DNA of 63,411 nt, the filler included, from Octopus bimaculoides (taxonomy: Eukaryota): the NCBI RefSeq assembly GCF_001194135.2. It is 6 parts of 5 records of this genome, joined end to end, with 100 filler letters (N's around TTAATTAATTAA, not from the genome) between each part and the next. Parts side by side here need not be neighbours in the genome. Positions count along the whole stretch, not along the records: positions 1 to 25,406 come from NC_068997.1; positions 25,507 to 35,865 come from NC_068986.1; positions 35,966 to 42,514 come from NC_068995.1; 3 more parts are not named here. One strand, given 5' to 3'. Position 1 is the first letter of the stretch. Every line of letters begins with the position of its first letter. This document shows, in pieces, positions 24,734 to 38,699 of the stretch. Under the pieces are notes generated by a model. The model was not told the origin of the DNA and did no database searches. It saw nothing but the letters and a program-made list of their open reading frames with translations. Position numbers and translations under genes: made by a program.

Positions 24734-24817
24734 CGTATATATGTGTATCTATATATTAATGCGCACGCACACATGTATACATATATATGTGTGCTTGTGT
24801 ATCCATGTACATATATA

Positions 24818-24898
<81 letters not shown>

Positions 24899-25450
24899 GT
24901 AAACATGTATGCGTATGAAAGCATAAGAATGCATGAAACGCTTACATGTTCATATACTAATACACAAATATACACACGCAAAGGCACGCGCGTACACTCA
25001 CACACACACATATTAACCCCATGAGCAAATTTAGTTATTTGCGTATAAATGTGTTTTTTGTGGAGATGTTCATACATATATGCATATATACGTCAGCGTA
25101 TATTTATACGTAAATACCTACATAAACACACACACACAAACTCACACATATATATGTATATGCATGTGTATGTGTGTATGTGTGTGTAACAGAAAAAGAT
25201 CGAGAGAGAGAGAGAGAGAGAAGAAAGATAATTATTTACTTATCAATAGTTCGATCAGCGTTAATAGGCAATGTTTCTTACGACTCAAATCATTTTACAC
25301 TCTCTACCTCATTCCCCCATCTCACTCCCATGCACGCACACACGCGCACACACATGAACGCAGACACAGACAGTCAGATACACGCACACACACACACACA
25401 CACACANNNNNNNNNNNNNNNNNNNNNNNNNNNNNNNNNNNNNNNNNNNN

Positions 25451-25462
25451 TTAATTAATTAA
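25451..25462. other. Artificial assembly spacer TTAATTAATTAA (also 35910-35921, 42559-42570, 59276-59287, 61632-61643)
   Basis: Identical 12-mer with stops in all six frames, each time centred between ~43-44 Ns per side. Confidence 0.95.
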
Positions 25463-25506
25463 NNNNNNNNNNNNNNNNNNNNNNNNNNNNNNNNNNNNNN
25501 NNNNNN

Positions 25507-25557
<51 letters not shown>

Positions 25558-25572
25558 ATGTATGTATGTATG

Positions 25573-25605
<33 letters not shown>

Positions 25606-25849
25606 GCATTCATATCTATTTACATACATATATATATATATGTGTATATATACGTATGTATATATGTATGTATGTATGCATGCACATGCAGACATATTCA
25701 TTCGTAGATTTACAGTTATATTTAAGACGTTCATATACACTAGGTCGTAGAAAACCGTTCGCTGCGGAAATTGTGCACCCCCAGCTAATATGTTTGTGTG
25801 TGTGTGTGTACGTATGCACATTTTATGTGTATATATACACGTATATATA

Positions 25850-25936
<87 letters not shown>

Positions 25937-26138
25937 ATTGATACATTCCTTCATACATACAAGTATATATATCAAAAATATATATGTATATGATATATAT
26001 ACGTGTATATATGTATGTATATGTATACACATAAATATATACACATACATACAAACATATATACATATATACATATACACACATGCATGCATATATATAT
26101 GCATATACATATATGTATATATATGCATATACATATGC

Positions 26139-26179
<41 letters not shown>

Positions 26180-26769
26180 NNNNNNNNNNNNNNNNNNNNN
26201 NNNNNNNNNNNNNNNNNNNNNNNNNNNNNNNNNNNNNNNNNNNNNNNNNNNNNNNNNNNNNNNNNNNNNNNNNNNNNNNNNNNNNNNNNNNNNNNNNNNN
26301 NNNNNNNNNNNNNNNNNNNNNNNNNNNNNNNNNNNNNNNNNNNNNNNNNNNNNNNNNNNNNNNNNNNNNNNNNNNNNNNNNNNNNNNNNNNNNNNNNNNN
26401 NNNNTATATAGATAGATAGATAGATAGATAGATATAGATATAGATATAGATATAGATATAGATATAGATATAGATATAGATATAGATATAAATATAGATA
26501 TAGATATATAGACGCTCATACGCACGCTTACACACACATATGCATACATAGAAATGAATATCTGCGTCTAAATACATGTAAATATATGTGCTTGTAGATC
26601 CGTATATACGCCTATTGAAATTCAGTTTTATTTATTCTTTATTGTCCATAAACATTTATGTTTACATTTTTCTAAATATTTGAATGCATATTTTAGTAAT
26701 TGATAGAATTTTAATTTCATGATAGCAGCACAAAATGAAAGTAACAATTAATGGTTTTCATGATTATAA

Positions 26770-27032
26770 TGATAGCAAAAAACGTCATGGAGATCATGAT
26801 GATGACGACGATGATGAAGAAGAAGAGAAGGAGTAGGAAGGGAAGGGTGTGGTAGGAGGAGGTGGAGGAGGAGGTGGAGGAGGAGGAGAGGGAGGAGGAG
26901 GCGGAGGACGATAATGACGATGTCGAAGACGACCGCTATGAGGATGACGAGGACGATGAAGACGATGGTGTTCGTGATAAGGATGATGATGACGATGACG
27001 AATACGACAATGACGCTGACGACGTGATGTTC

Positions 27033-27074
<42 letters not shown>

Positions 27075-27567
27075 GCGGTGATGACAATGACGGTTATGAT
27101 AATGGTAATGATGGTGATGTTGCTGCTGGAGATGATGATGATGACGATGATGCTGGTGGTGGTGGTGGTGATGGTGGTGGTGTTGCTGGTGCTGGTGCTG
27201 GTGCTGGCACTGGTGCTGGCACTGGTGCTGGTGCTGGTGCTGGCACTGGTGCTGGCACTGGTGATGGTGATGTTGATGATTGCGACGACGACGACAGCAA
27301 TGATGACGATGGCTGCAACACCGGGAAGAAAATTGAAGAGCGGAAAGTAAAACCGACAGAAAACCAGGTGGAAGACATGAATGAAATATGTAACGCGAGA
27401 GAGCAACTAAGGTTAAATATAAAGTCTGGTGAAATGACAACACCCACATCAACAACAACACTACCGACACTCTTTTGGTTACCATCATTATCAGAAGAGC
27501 ATTCAACAACAACAGCGAGGATAACAGCAGCACCAATACCCACAATGCTGTCAACAATAATGAAATG
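26770..27567 (+). repeat. Cryptically simple trinucleotide patch (GAT/GAG/GGT/GCT/GAC) grading into unique sequence
   Basis: Mixed GNN triplets including an 18-bp gctggcactggtgctggt-type subrepeat; frame from 27020 open to 27586. Confidence 0.8.
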
Positions 27568-27588
27568 GTACGTGACAAAAGGCTAACT

Positions 27589-27593
27589 ACTTT

Positions 27594-27651
<58 letters not shown>

Positions 27652-27679
27652 GCTACTACTGCTACTACTGCTACTACTG

Positions 27680-27714
<35 letters not shown>

Positions 27715-27716
27715 GC

Positions 27717-27762
<46 letters not shown>

Positions 27763-27939
27763 GCTACTACTAATACTACTTCTACTACTNNNNNNNNNNN
27801 NNNNNNNNNNNNNNNNNNNNNNNNNNNNNNNNNNNNNNNNNNNNNNNNNNNNNNNNNNNNNNNNNNNNNNNNNNNNNNNNNNNNNNNNNNNNNNNNNNNN
27901 NNNNNNNNNNNNNNNNACTACTACTACTACTACTACTAC

Positions 27940-27981
<42 letters not shown>
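27589..27981 (+). repeat. (TAC)n then (TAA)n microsatellite with gap
   Basis: Direct reading of the sequence. Confidence 0.95.
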
Positions 27982-27982
<1 letters not shown>

Positions 27983-27983
<1 letters not shown>

Positions 27984-28553
27984 TGCAGTACAATGCTCAG
28001 ATGCAGTACCATGCCCAGATGCAGTACCAGGCAGTGGCTCTCATGGCTTCTGATCTTAATTGATTGGAAGTGTTATCATGTACATTGTTTTGTCTTGGTA
28101 TAAAAGATGGGCTACAGCAAATATTCTGCCTAATACCCGAGATTTGCTTGTTAGTTTTTTTACCTTAACCAGTTGAGCATGTCCCTTGGTGGCTAACAAT
28201 ATGTGCATCTCTGATCTCGAGCAGAAGTAATAGCCATGTGTTGAGAGGAATTCTTTGGGGTTTGAATAATTCACCTTTGGAAACATGGGTGTTTTGCTCA
28301 ACATCCTTAAACAAACCTTATTCAGGGACCTTTTGAGCAGGATGGGCTACTCAATCTGAAGAAAATTCTAACTGGACCTCACCTGCGAGGTCATGTGCTG
28401 TTTATCTTGATATGAGATCGCCATGTCACGTACATATGATTGTGATGCATGTGCCTGGTGCACCCTTATCAGACGGGTAGTCATGATGGGTATAATGGGC
28501 TTCGTATATTTTACCCCAGTGTCACTTTGATGGCATGCACTGCTCTCTCACAC
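27983..28553 (+). mobile_element. Element D: ~550-bp non-coding dispersed repeat embedded in (TAA)n
   Basis: Highly similar along its length to 39499-40050; both end gcatgca(c/t)tgctctctcac..aat; no tRNA head or ORF seen. Confidence 0.85.
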
Positions 28554-28612
<59 letters not shown>

Positions 28613-28770
28613 TAATTATAATAATAAACAAAATAATAATGAGGAGGAGGAGGAGGAGGAGGAGGAGGAGGAGGAGAAGAAGAAGAAGAAGAAGAAGAAG
28701 AAGAAGAAGAAGAAGAAGAAGAAGAAGAAGAAGAAGAAGAAGAAGAAGAAGAAGAAGAAGAAGAAGAAGC
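28554..28770 (+). repeat. Compound (AAT)n-(GAG)n-(AAG)n microsatellite
   Basis: Direct reading; source of the poly-N/E/K ORF. Confidence 0.97.
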
Positions 28771-29299
28771 CTCTTCAATAGCACCTTGTCAAAATGTTGA
28801 AATCTGCAAGTAACAGAGATATAGGTCAAAAATTGGCAATGTGGTTCGCCTTGTTTATATCCTTTCATACAGCGCCACCACCCACTGACTACAAAAGCGG
28901 GTATCTTTACATTCTGCTACCATCTGTTGCTAAACATCTGCAAAGGGATCGCTGAACAAGACTGTTACATAAATGTAAAGGTTGTAGGGCGACCACTCAA
29001 ATCAGGCAATTTGCTCCTCACGCAGCTTGTAATTTTTGTCCCTATTCCCGTAGTTGTTATTCGCTTTATCTCTCTTCCTACGTTGCTGAGTTTTGTGGCA
29101 ACTATGGAGGTAGGCATTAGAGTCCACCCTGCGATCTAGCTCATCACTTGTCCGCTATAGTCGAGCAAAGTGCAGCTGAGAAGCAGGACCTATCTATTTG
29201 GAATTAGTCGCATACTCATCGTACCAAAGATCGAATTTAGGCTTTATTACTATATTGCATCTTTGCTACTCACCAGGGACCACCGATCGTATTTCGTCA

Positions 29300-29900
29300 T
29301 TTAGTATCTTAGATCACGTGACATAGCTCTAACAACATAACCATCATTCATCGCGTTGATGAATTGACGACGGGCCAATATCGTCACAACCATGTTGGTC
29401 GTGAATTATTTCTTAAACGCCCTTTTCTTTGTTTCTCAGTAGGTCACTCTCTGTTCTAGAATACTCAGTCACTTCGTCCATGCTAAACGTTATCGACGCT
29501 TCTCTAAGGTAGCAACCGTTTGGTTTTGACGATTGCCCCCTACAGGTCCTGCTAAACCGGACTCTGTAAACTTGACGCACCGAAAACAACGCGTTTAGTT
29601 TCACGTAACCAGACATTTCTTACGAAGCTTATCTAAGTCGAGCATACCAATCCCAGATTTGTTGTCCATAATAGTCGACCACTTTGAATTGTGGACAGTC
29701 TACACTATTTCTATCTACTCGTCGACAAAGTACTCTCTCAAAGTGATTTTCACATTCAGGAAATCCAGTCGGTCCTTGTTAACTGCTGGGAACGTCTGAG
29801 TGGGTCTGTGAGGTTATTGCACCCAGTTAACAAATCAGCTGACCCACTCACTCCATACTAGCACTAGATAAGGTGGCCTTCTTTGGGGAGATCCTTTGAC
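29300..29900 (-). mobile_element. Highly decayed Penelope-like RT region
   Basis: YL-VLVWSE..FVNWV..H.PT.TF..KDRLDFLNVKITLRE..LSTS resembles the PLE RT palm-thumb order (YxDD..W, F...L..H..I.FT, FLD..I, T..Y.K); many stops, catalytic DD absent. Confidence 0.4.
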
Positions 29901-31258
29901 TCCGGAAGTATCCATAAACCCTCAATCACCTGAAAAAAGAATAATAAACTATAAATGGATCATAAAGATATGGCTTAACCTACAGAGAAAAATACACCGA
30001 AACAACATCAAGGAATATTACAAGCCAAGTCTTTGAAATAAGTGACATAAGAGGCAATATATGAAGATTGCAGTTTGAGATTGCTTAGATAGGGAAATGA
30101 CTGTACGTAAAGGACAATTCACCAAAAGTAGTTTAGAGAAAAGTAAACAGTCGAATAAGGCAGCTGCGTGTTGTGTGAAATGAGAATTGTTGAAAGAGAT
30201 CAAACGCCGACATACCTAATAATTGCTAATCTGACATATCTTCAGTTACTGGGGGCTTCTATTACAAATGCTGACGATAATGATGATGATGATGATCATC
30301 ATCATCATCATCATTAATATCATCATCATCATCATTATCATCATCATCATCATGTGGTAGAGGATGGAAAAATTTAATTGAAGTGCCATAGAAGTGTCTG
30401 AGAAGTTAAAGCATGATTCATAGCATAAGTACAGACAATATCTACTGAGTATGGCTGTGGTCACTTTATTTTGTGCCAGTATGTCTACTTATTTACACAT
30501 AGAGTCGTAATATTAAAATATGCACAAAACCAAAGGGTGATTTTTTTCTAGGGTTTTTTTTATGAATGCGTTTAATACACGTGTTTCTTGTAATTATGTA
30601 AGATAACATCTAGGCAACACTATTTTCCGCAGTCGAAATTTCATAACATATATNNNNNNNNNNNNNNNNNNNNNNNNNNNNNNNNNNNNNNNNNNNNNNN
30701 NNNNNNNNNNNNNNNNNNNNNNNNNNNNNNNNNNNNNNNNNNNNNNNNNNNNNNNNNNNNNNNNNNNNNNNNNNNNNNNNNNNNNNNNNNNNNNNNNNNN
30801 NNNNNNNNNNNNNNNNNNNNNNNNNNNNNNNNNNNNNNNNNNNNNNNNNNNNNNNNNNNNNNNNNNNNNNNNNNNNNNNNNNNNNNNNNNNNNNNNNNNN
30901 NNNNNNNNNNNNNNNNNNNNNNNNNNNNNNNNNNNNNNNNNNNNNNNNNNNNNNNNNNNNNNNNNNNNNNNNNNNNNNNNNNNNNNNNNNNNNNNNNNNN
31001 NNNNNNNNNNNNNNNNNNNNNNNNNNNNNNNNNNNNNNNNNNNNNNNNNNNNNNNNNNNNNNNNNNNNNNNNNNNNNNNNNNNNNNNNNNNNNNNNNNNN
31101 NNNNNNNNNNNNNNNNNNNNNNNNNNNNNNNNNNNNNNNNNNNNNNNNNNNNNNNNNNNNNNNNNNNNNNNNNNNATATATATATATATACATACATATA
31201 TTTCAGTTATATGCATTATATATATATGATATACACACACATACACACACACAGACAG

Positions 31259-31298
<40 letters not shown>

Positions 31299-32008
31299 GT
31301 GCGTTTGTGTGTGTCTGCGAGTGTACGTGTGCGAGTGCCTGTATGTGCGTGCGTGCATGCCTACGTGTGTGTGTGCGTGTTTAAGTCAAAGTGGTCTTTA
31401 AACTTCCTAAAGAACAGCAAGAGAAAATTTACTGATGGGCTGATACAATATTGACAAAAGAATCAAATACAGGGGTTGCAAAAGCACACAGTAAGTATCA
31501 CATCAATGTTATAATACTTAATTCATTAAAATTATTAGCACATTAAATTCGTTAGCCTCTTTTTTTATATTTTTAGTGTCATTAATCTTAATAATAAATT
31601 TATCAAAGCTATAATACTTTTATCGTAATAAGTAATTTACTTGATAAAAATAAATGAGTATTGTATGTGTTTTCTTTTTTCACAACTGTATACCTCGTTT
31701 TGCACNNNNNNNNNNNNNNNNNNNNNNNNNNNNNNNNNNNNNNNNNNNNNNNNNNNNNNNNNNNNNNNNNNNNNNNNNNNNNNNNNNNNNNNNNNNNNNN
31801 NNNNNNNNNNNNNNNNNNNNNNNNNNNNNNNNNNNNNNNNNNNNNNNNNNNNNNNNNNNNNNNNNNNNNNNNNNNNNNNNNNNNNNNNNNNNNNNNNNNN
31901 NNNNNNNNNNNNNNNNNNNNNNNNNNNNNNNNNNNNTATATATATATATATATATATATACATACATATATATATGTATATACATATACATACATATATA
32001 TGTATATA

Positions 32009-32040
<32 letters not shown>

Positions 32041-32074
32041 CAGATATAACATATACATATCCAGACAAACATAT

Positions 32075-32105
<31 letters not shown>

Positions 32106-32112
<7 letters not shown>

Positions 32113-32842
32113 TGTATGGGTAGAGGATGTTATTCGACGGTACAAATAACATGAAATACGTAAGCAAACGAGTTATTTACGTAAGCAACGAAGAAAAAAA
32201 ATGGATAACAGGACAAGTAAACAAAGAGAAAGGACCCTTCATCAGTTGTCGGCTGTCTATCTACTCCTCATTTAGTGCATTCAAGGACAATATGAGTCTT
32301 CAAAGACAGTTGCTCCCATAAATTCTAAAATAAAACTTAGGATTTATGGAGGGTCAAAGTTGTTCACAAAAGTATGACTGGAGGCATACAAGCAAATGGA
32401 ACAAAAACAAACATGGAGGCTCGTTAGACCAGAATGAGGAGAACATAGTGAACGCTGTTTTGTTCTTCTCACTCTCTTCTATCTTTTCTCTTTTCAAAAG
32501 ATGTTTCTCCCAGCTTTCACTATTTTCCTCTCGTTCTGGTCTAACGAGCCTCCATGTTTGTTTTCGTTTGGTTTCCCTTTATGTCTCCAGTCATATTTTT
32601 GTTCCCAACTTTGACCCTCCGTAAATCCTAAATTTTACTTCAGAATTTATGGGAGCAACTGTCTTTGAATGCTCAAAATGAGGAGTAGATACACAGCCAA
32701 CAACTGATGTAGGATCCTTTCTCTTTGTTTACTTGTCCTGTTATCCATTTTTTTTTTCGTTGCTTACGTAAATAACTCGTTTGCTTACGTATTTCATGTT
32801 ATTTGTACCGTCGAATAACATCCTCTACCCATACATGCATAT
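32106..32842. repeat. ~740-bp palindrome (arms ~350 and ~330 bp, loop ~53 bp)
   Basis: 32106-32457 is the reverse complement of 32511-32842; outer ~85 bp identical, inner part with mismatches and a ~20-bp indel. Confidence 0.92.
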
Positions 32843-33375
32843 NNNNNNNNNNNNNNNNNNNNNNNNNNNNNNNNNNNNNNNNNNNNNNNNNNNNNNNNNN
32901 NNNNNNNNNNNNNNNNNNNNNNNNNNNNNNNNNNNNNNNNNNNNNNNNNNNNNNNNNNNNNNNNNNNNNNNNNNNNNNNNNNNNNNNNNNNNNNNNNNNN
33001 NNNNNNNNNNNNNNNNNNNNNNNNNNNNNNNNNNNNNNNNNNNNNNNNNNNNNNNNNNNNNNNNNNNNNNNNNNNNNNNNNNNNNNNNNNNNNNNNNNNN
33101 NNNNNNNNNNNNNNNNNNNNNNNNNNNNNNNNNNNNNNNNNNNNATATATATATATATATATAAGCAAGCTTTTGTATGAACGATATATGCATGTAACCA
33201 CTCAAATACTTCAGCACTAAAACAATGACAAAGCTAATATGAACAAACACAACTAAAACAAACAACCAAACAAAAGAAATACAATGGATTACAGGCGAAT
33301 GATAAAAGATAGAAAGAGGACATAGATGAAAGAAGAACAATGCAAATGGACAAAATGAAAACGAAATAGAACAGG

Positions 33376-33426
<51 letters not shown>

Positions 33427-33945
33427 AACAATCAAACAAAGAGACGAGAATATTTTAATTATATTTCATGTCTAATGAAACGTTTGAGTTCCATGTTAAA
33501 ATTAAATTCATTAATTATAGTTACATACGGCATGTGAGCTATGCATTTTGTCACATTCAATGGTGCAATAGAGTGATATTGTTGAACTCTGCATCGCATT
33601 ATTGACATACGTCGTTCTCCCCTGTACAGATAAATATTATTTACTCAAATATGTGCTGTGCTTGTAAGACATACAAACATACATACACACATACAAACGT
33701 CCGTACGTATATACACGTACGTGTACAATGACATGTATATGTGTATGTATATATATGTATATGTGTGTATATGTGTGGGTGTTGGTGTGGGTGTGTGTGA
33801 GTGTGTGTGTGTGTGGGTGTGGGTGTAAATATGTTTATGAAGGTATGTACGCAAAATACATAAGTATATATATCGAGACACACGCGTACACACATAGGCA
33901 TGCATCTATGTAAGTGCGCGTACATACACACATGCATGCGCGTAC

Positions 33946-33982
<37 letters not shown>

Positions 33983-35372
33983 NNNNNNNNNNNNNNNNNN
34001 NNNNNNNNNNNNNNNNNNNNNNNNNNNNNNNNNNNNNNNNNNNNNNNNNNNNNNNNNNNNNNNNNNNNNNNNNNNNNNNNNNNNNNNNNNNNNNNNNNNN
34101 NNNNNNNNNNNNNNNNNNNNNNNNNNNNNNNNNNNNNNNNNNNNNNNNNNNNNNNNNNNNNNNNNNNNNNNNNNNNNNNNNNNNNNNNNNNNNNNNNNNN
34201 NNNNNNNNNNNNNNNNNNNNNNNNNNNNNNNNNNNNNNNNNNNNNNNNNNNNNNNNNNNNNNNNNNNNNNNNNNNNNNNNNNNNNNNNNNNNNNNNNNNN
34301 NNNNNNNNNNNNNNNNNNNNNNNNNNNNNNNNNNNNNNNNNNNNNNNNNNNNNNNNNNNNNNNNNNNNNNNNNNNNNNNNNNNNNNNNNNNNNNNNNNNN
34401 NNNNNNNNNNNNNNNNNNNNNNNNNNNNNNNNNNNNNNNNNNNNNNNNNNNNNNNNNNNNNNNNNNNNNNNNNNNNNNNNNNNNNNNNNNNNNNATGTAA
34501 TCACTATTCATGATAATGACAGTAATGTTGATCATTTCGTAACGGTGGTGGTGGTGGTGGTGGTGGTGGTGTTTGTCGTCGTCGTGGCAGTGGTGGTGGT
34601 GTTTGTCGTCGTCGTGGCAGTGGCGGCGGCGGTCGTCGTCGTTGTCGTGGCGGCGGCTGCGGTGATGGTGGTCGATGTATTCGTGGTGATGGTGGTTGTG
34701 GTGTTGGTGATGTTTACAGTTGCAGTGGTATTATTAGCTACAATGGCTCTGGTTAGGAAGTGGATCTGGCCCTAGTCACGGTATCACCCTCTATTATTAG
34801 AGGATCCGATAGGGGTTATAATGTTGATAATATAGACATAACTCTTATTGCTTTCATTAGTCACGAGAAAGGGCAACGGGTTGGCGAAATCGTTACAGCG
34901 TCAGACAAAATATGTTATTTTCCCGTCTCTTCGATTTGTGAGTTCAAATACCGTTTACGTCAAGTTTGTTACATCATCCTTCCGGAATCGATAAAATACA
35001 GAGCTTCTTCAAATACTAGATTCGATATAGCCAACACTTCCGTTGCGCCTAAAATTCAATGGCTTGTGCCTATCTAGAAAATCCTTATTAAGGCCCGTGT
35101 ATTGACTGAACCGTTACAAGTTCGGATGACATGTCTTGCAGAAATTTTTTCCGGCTCTCTACGTTCTATGTACAGTAAATCCTTTGCCGAATAGGTAGAT
35201 TACGTCAATGGAAGCGAACCAACATTTGTCGTCAAGCGGTGAGAGACAAGAACGAAGATATATACACACGCGGACAGACAGACAGACAGACAGAAAGATA
35301 GATGGATGGATAGAGAGATAGATAGGTAAATAGATAGATAGATAGATAGAGAGATAGATCGATCGATCGATC

Positions 35373-35409
<37 letters not shown>

Positions 35410-35965
35410 GTCAGTAAATAAATTAATTTTCTTATTTGATTAATAGATTGTTTGAGAAGTGGTTTAGATGGTTGATTAATTAAGACATTTACCTAAGTTT
35501 ACTTCGATAGTTCCTTCGTAGGTAGGTTTGTAGGCAGGTAGCTACATACGGAGATGAACAACAAAAGTGATTGGAATATTTTAATGCAGGAGAGGAGAGA
35601 TTAATGAGAGAAATAATTATATAGAAATACGACCACACTTCTGCATATTTACATTTATATGATCACATGCATATACGTATTCATGTATGCTTATACACAT
35701 ACATATATGTATGCATATATATATGTATATGTATATATATATATATTATATATATGTATGTATACATATATATATATATATATATATACAAACACACACA
35801 CATACACATACATAGATACATTTATATATATATATATACTTATATATATATATATATATATACTTNNNNNNNNNNNNNNNNNNNNNNNNNNNNNNNNNNN
35901 NNNNNNNNNTTAATTAATTAANNNNNNNNNNNNNNNNNNNNNNNNNNNNNNNNNNNNNNNNNNNN

Positions 35966-36022
<57 letters not shown>

Positions 36023-36026
36023 GCTA

Positions 36027-36222
36027 CAGGGGCAGCCATTTTGGGAGAGGGGATGAGTTGATTACATTGACCCTAGTGTTCAATTGGTACTTATTTTATT
36101 GACCCCGAAAGGATGAAAGGTAAGGTCCATCTCAGCGGAATTTGAACTCAGAATGTGGCGACGGGCGAAATACCGCTGCGCATTTCATCCAGCGTGTTAA
36201 TGGTTCCGCAAGCTCGCCGCCT
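36027..36222 (-). mobile_element. Family A SINE abutting the 5' end of an R4-type LINE
   Basis: ttgaccccgaaaggatgaaagg..ggaatttgaactcagaa..gcaagctcgccgcct. Confidence 0.85.
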
Positions 36223-38545
36223 CAGACAAAGATAAAGAGATATGACCAAAGAATTGAACTATATAAAATCGACAGATTGTTCCAACAAAACCAGAAAAGA
36301 ACTCAACAGCTGAATGGAAAAGTTAACAGCAGACGCTGAAGAAAGTAAAAGGTTTGGGAGTAATATCTCGGATAATGGAAGAAAGCATAAATAAACATGC
36401 TAAATGGTTCAAGAAATTAAGATCGGAAAAATATGAAGTGAAACAAAGTAACATTAGAATAACGACTGAAATGGTAACCGAACAAACTTGAAAGATCCCT
36501 AACTAGAAATGCCCAGGCCGGATGGAGGTCAAGCATACTGGCTGAAGAATTTCCCAACACTACATTGAAGAATAGCCACGAAATGGATAAAATAATCAAT
36601 AACAACGGGGTGCAAATCCCAAAGTAGCTGACCACAGGTAAAACAATTCTTTGCCAAAAGGACCTCAGTGAAGGCATTGCAGTGGATAATCACCTGCCTG
36701 CTCCTGATGTGGAAGCCGATGACAGCAATAATATCCAATTATGTGTATAACTCCCTAGAAATGAATGAAAAACTGCCAGTGGAACAGAAAGGATGCAGAC
36801 GGAAAAGCCGAGGAACAAAAGATCAACTTCTGATAGACAGAATGGTACTGAACGACTACAAGAAAAGACATACATACCTGGGCATGGCGTGGGTCGATTA
36901 TAAAAAAGCGTATGAAATGGTCCCCCATTCCTGGGTTTTAGAAAGTCTTGAGCTGGTACAGGTGTCTGATAACATATCAAATTTTATTAGGAAAAACTGG
37001 AATACAGAGTCAACTACATGCGGAAAATTTTTGACGAGGGTTAACATCAAGAGAGGCATATTTCAAGGAGATAGCCTATCACAATTGCTGTTTGTGATTT
37101 GCACGATACCCCTCACACATACAACGGAAAGTGACATTGAGATACACCTTGAAACGTGGAGGAACATTAAATCATCTGTTACACATGGATGACTTAAAGA
37201 TCTTTGGGAAGACTGAACGTGAAATAAATGGCTTAGTTTCAACAGTGCAGATATTCAGTAAGGACATCGGAAATGAATTTGGAACTAAAAATGCAGTATG
37301 CTGATAATAAAAAAGGCAAAGTAATGTCGTCTGATGGCATAGAACTATCCAACGGCGAGAAAATCAAGGATATTTAATCTAATGGATATATATATCTGGG
37401 GATTCTGGAATACGAAAAATCAAGGAAAGTGAGATGAAGGAAGGCTTTAGGCGAGAATATCTCAGAAGAATCAAGTTGATTATGGGAAGTAGGCTCAATG
37501 GGAAAAACAAGATAAGAACAAAGAACATCTGGGCTGTTTCCTTAGTGCGATATGGCACAGGTACTTTTAGATGGACAAAGAAAGAGCTTGAAGGGAAACC
37601 AGAAAAGTAATGGCAATTAAGGGACTCCGTGCCTAAATCGATACTAACAGATTGTATGTGACTAGCAAGAGGAAGAGGGCTCATAGGATGCAAGATCTGT
37701 GTTGTCAACAAGGAGAACAGTCTGGGATGGTAATCAAACAACAAAGTGAATACTTGCTTGCCGCTGTTGGAATTAATAAAATAATACCCACCAAAACTGT
37801 GACACACTCACAAACATTTAAGAAACAAAATGAAGATAGAGTAAACAATTGAAAAATGAAATCAATGCACGGGCAATTTCTCAGAGAAATCGAGGGAAAA
37901 GAAACGATCAACTCTTGGAGATGGCTAAGAAAAAGTGATCAGAAAGGAATGTGGAACAACTAATTGATATACAGCGCCCAAGAACAGGCTCAGAACTAAA
38001 TACATCAAGTTCCAAACAGGTAAGAGTAGAGAATCACCCCTTTGTAGTAGAAACGAAACACTCTCACATATTGTAAGTGTGTGTAGTAAGCTGGCCCAAA
38101 AGCACTACAAAAGGAGGCACGATAATGTAGCGAAGTTCGTACATTGGAGGTTATGTGAAAAGTACGGCCTAATCAGAGCACAGAAATGGTATGAACATGA
38201 ACCAGAAGGAGTTACCGAAAACAAGGAATATAAGATACAGTGAGATTTTATAATACAATGTGACACCCTAATCGAGGCTCGGAGACAGATGGTAGATGTT
38301 GTGGTAGATAAAGGAAAAAAAGAAACCAAGAGATATTGCAAAACTTAGAGAAGCACGCATAAGTGACAAAGAACTAGAAAAGATTGAAAAATACAGACTA
38401 CTAAAAGACGAAATCGCAAGAATGTGGACTATGAGGAGAGTGTCTGTCATTCCAGTAGTTTTAGGGGCACTCGGAGTACTAACAACTAGGTTCGAAAAAT
38501 GTGTCAGAGAAATCGGAATTGGCATGAGAGCAAATATCAAAGCTT
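36223..38545 (+). mobile_element. R4/Dong-type RLE LINE, 2.3 kb, decayed RT plus zinc knuckle plus endonuclease
   Basis: [55 protein letters not shown]; later HIVSVCSKLAQKHYKRRHDNVA and IPVVLGALG. Confidence 0.93.
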
Positions 38546-38618
38546 ATAATGTGCGAAAGAGAGCCTCTGGAACTTCTGACAGCAGCAAGCTGTCGGCTCT
38601 CACAGAATCTGCCAGAGA

Positions 38619-38699
<81 letters not shown>

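Noticed and set aside
29852-29929. 78-nt minus-strand segment with strong acceptor and GTGAGTG donor
   Set aside because: Stops in all three frames, and it overlaps the apparent YxDD region of the decayed Penelope-like RT; only a UTR or first-exon role remains possible and is unsupported.
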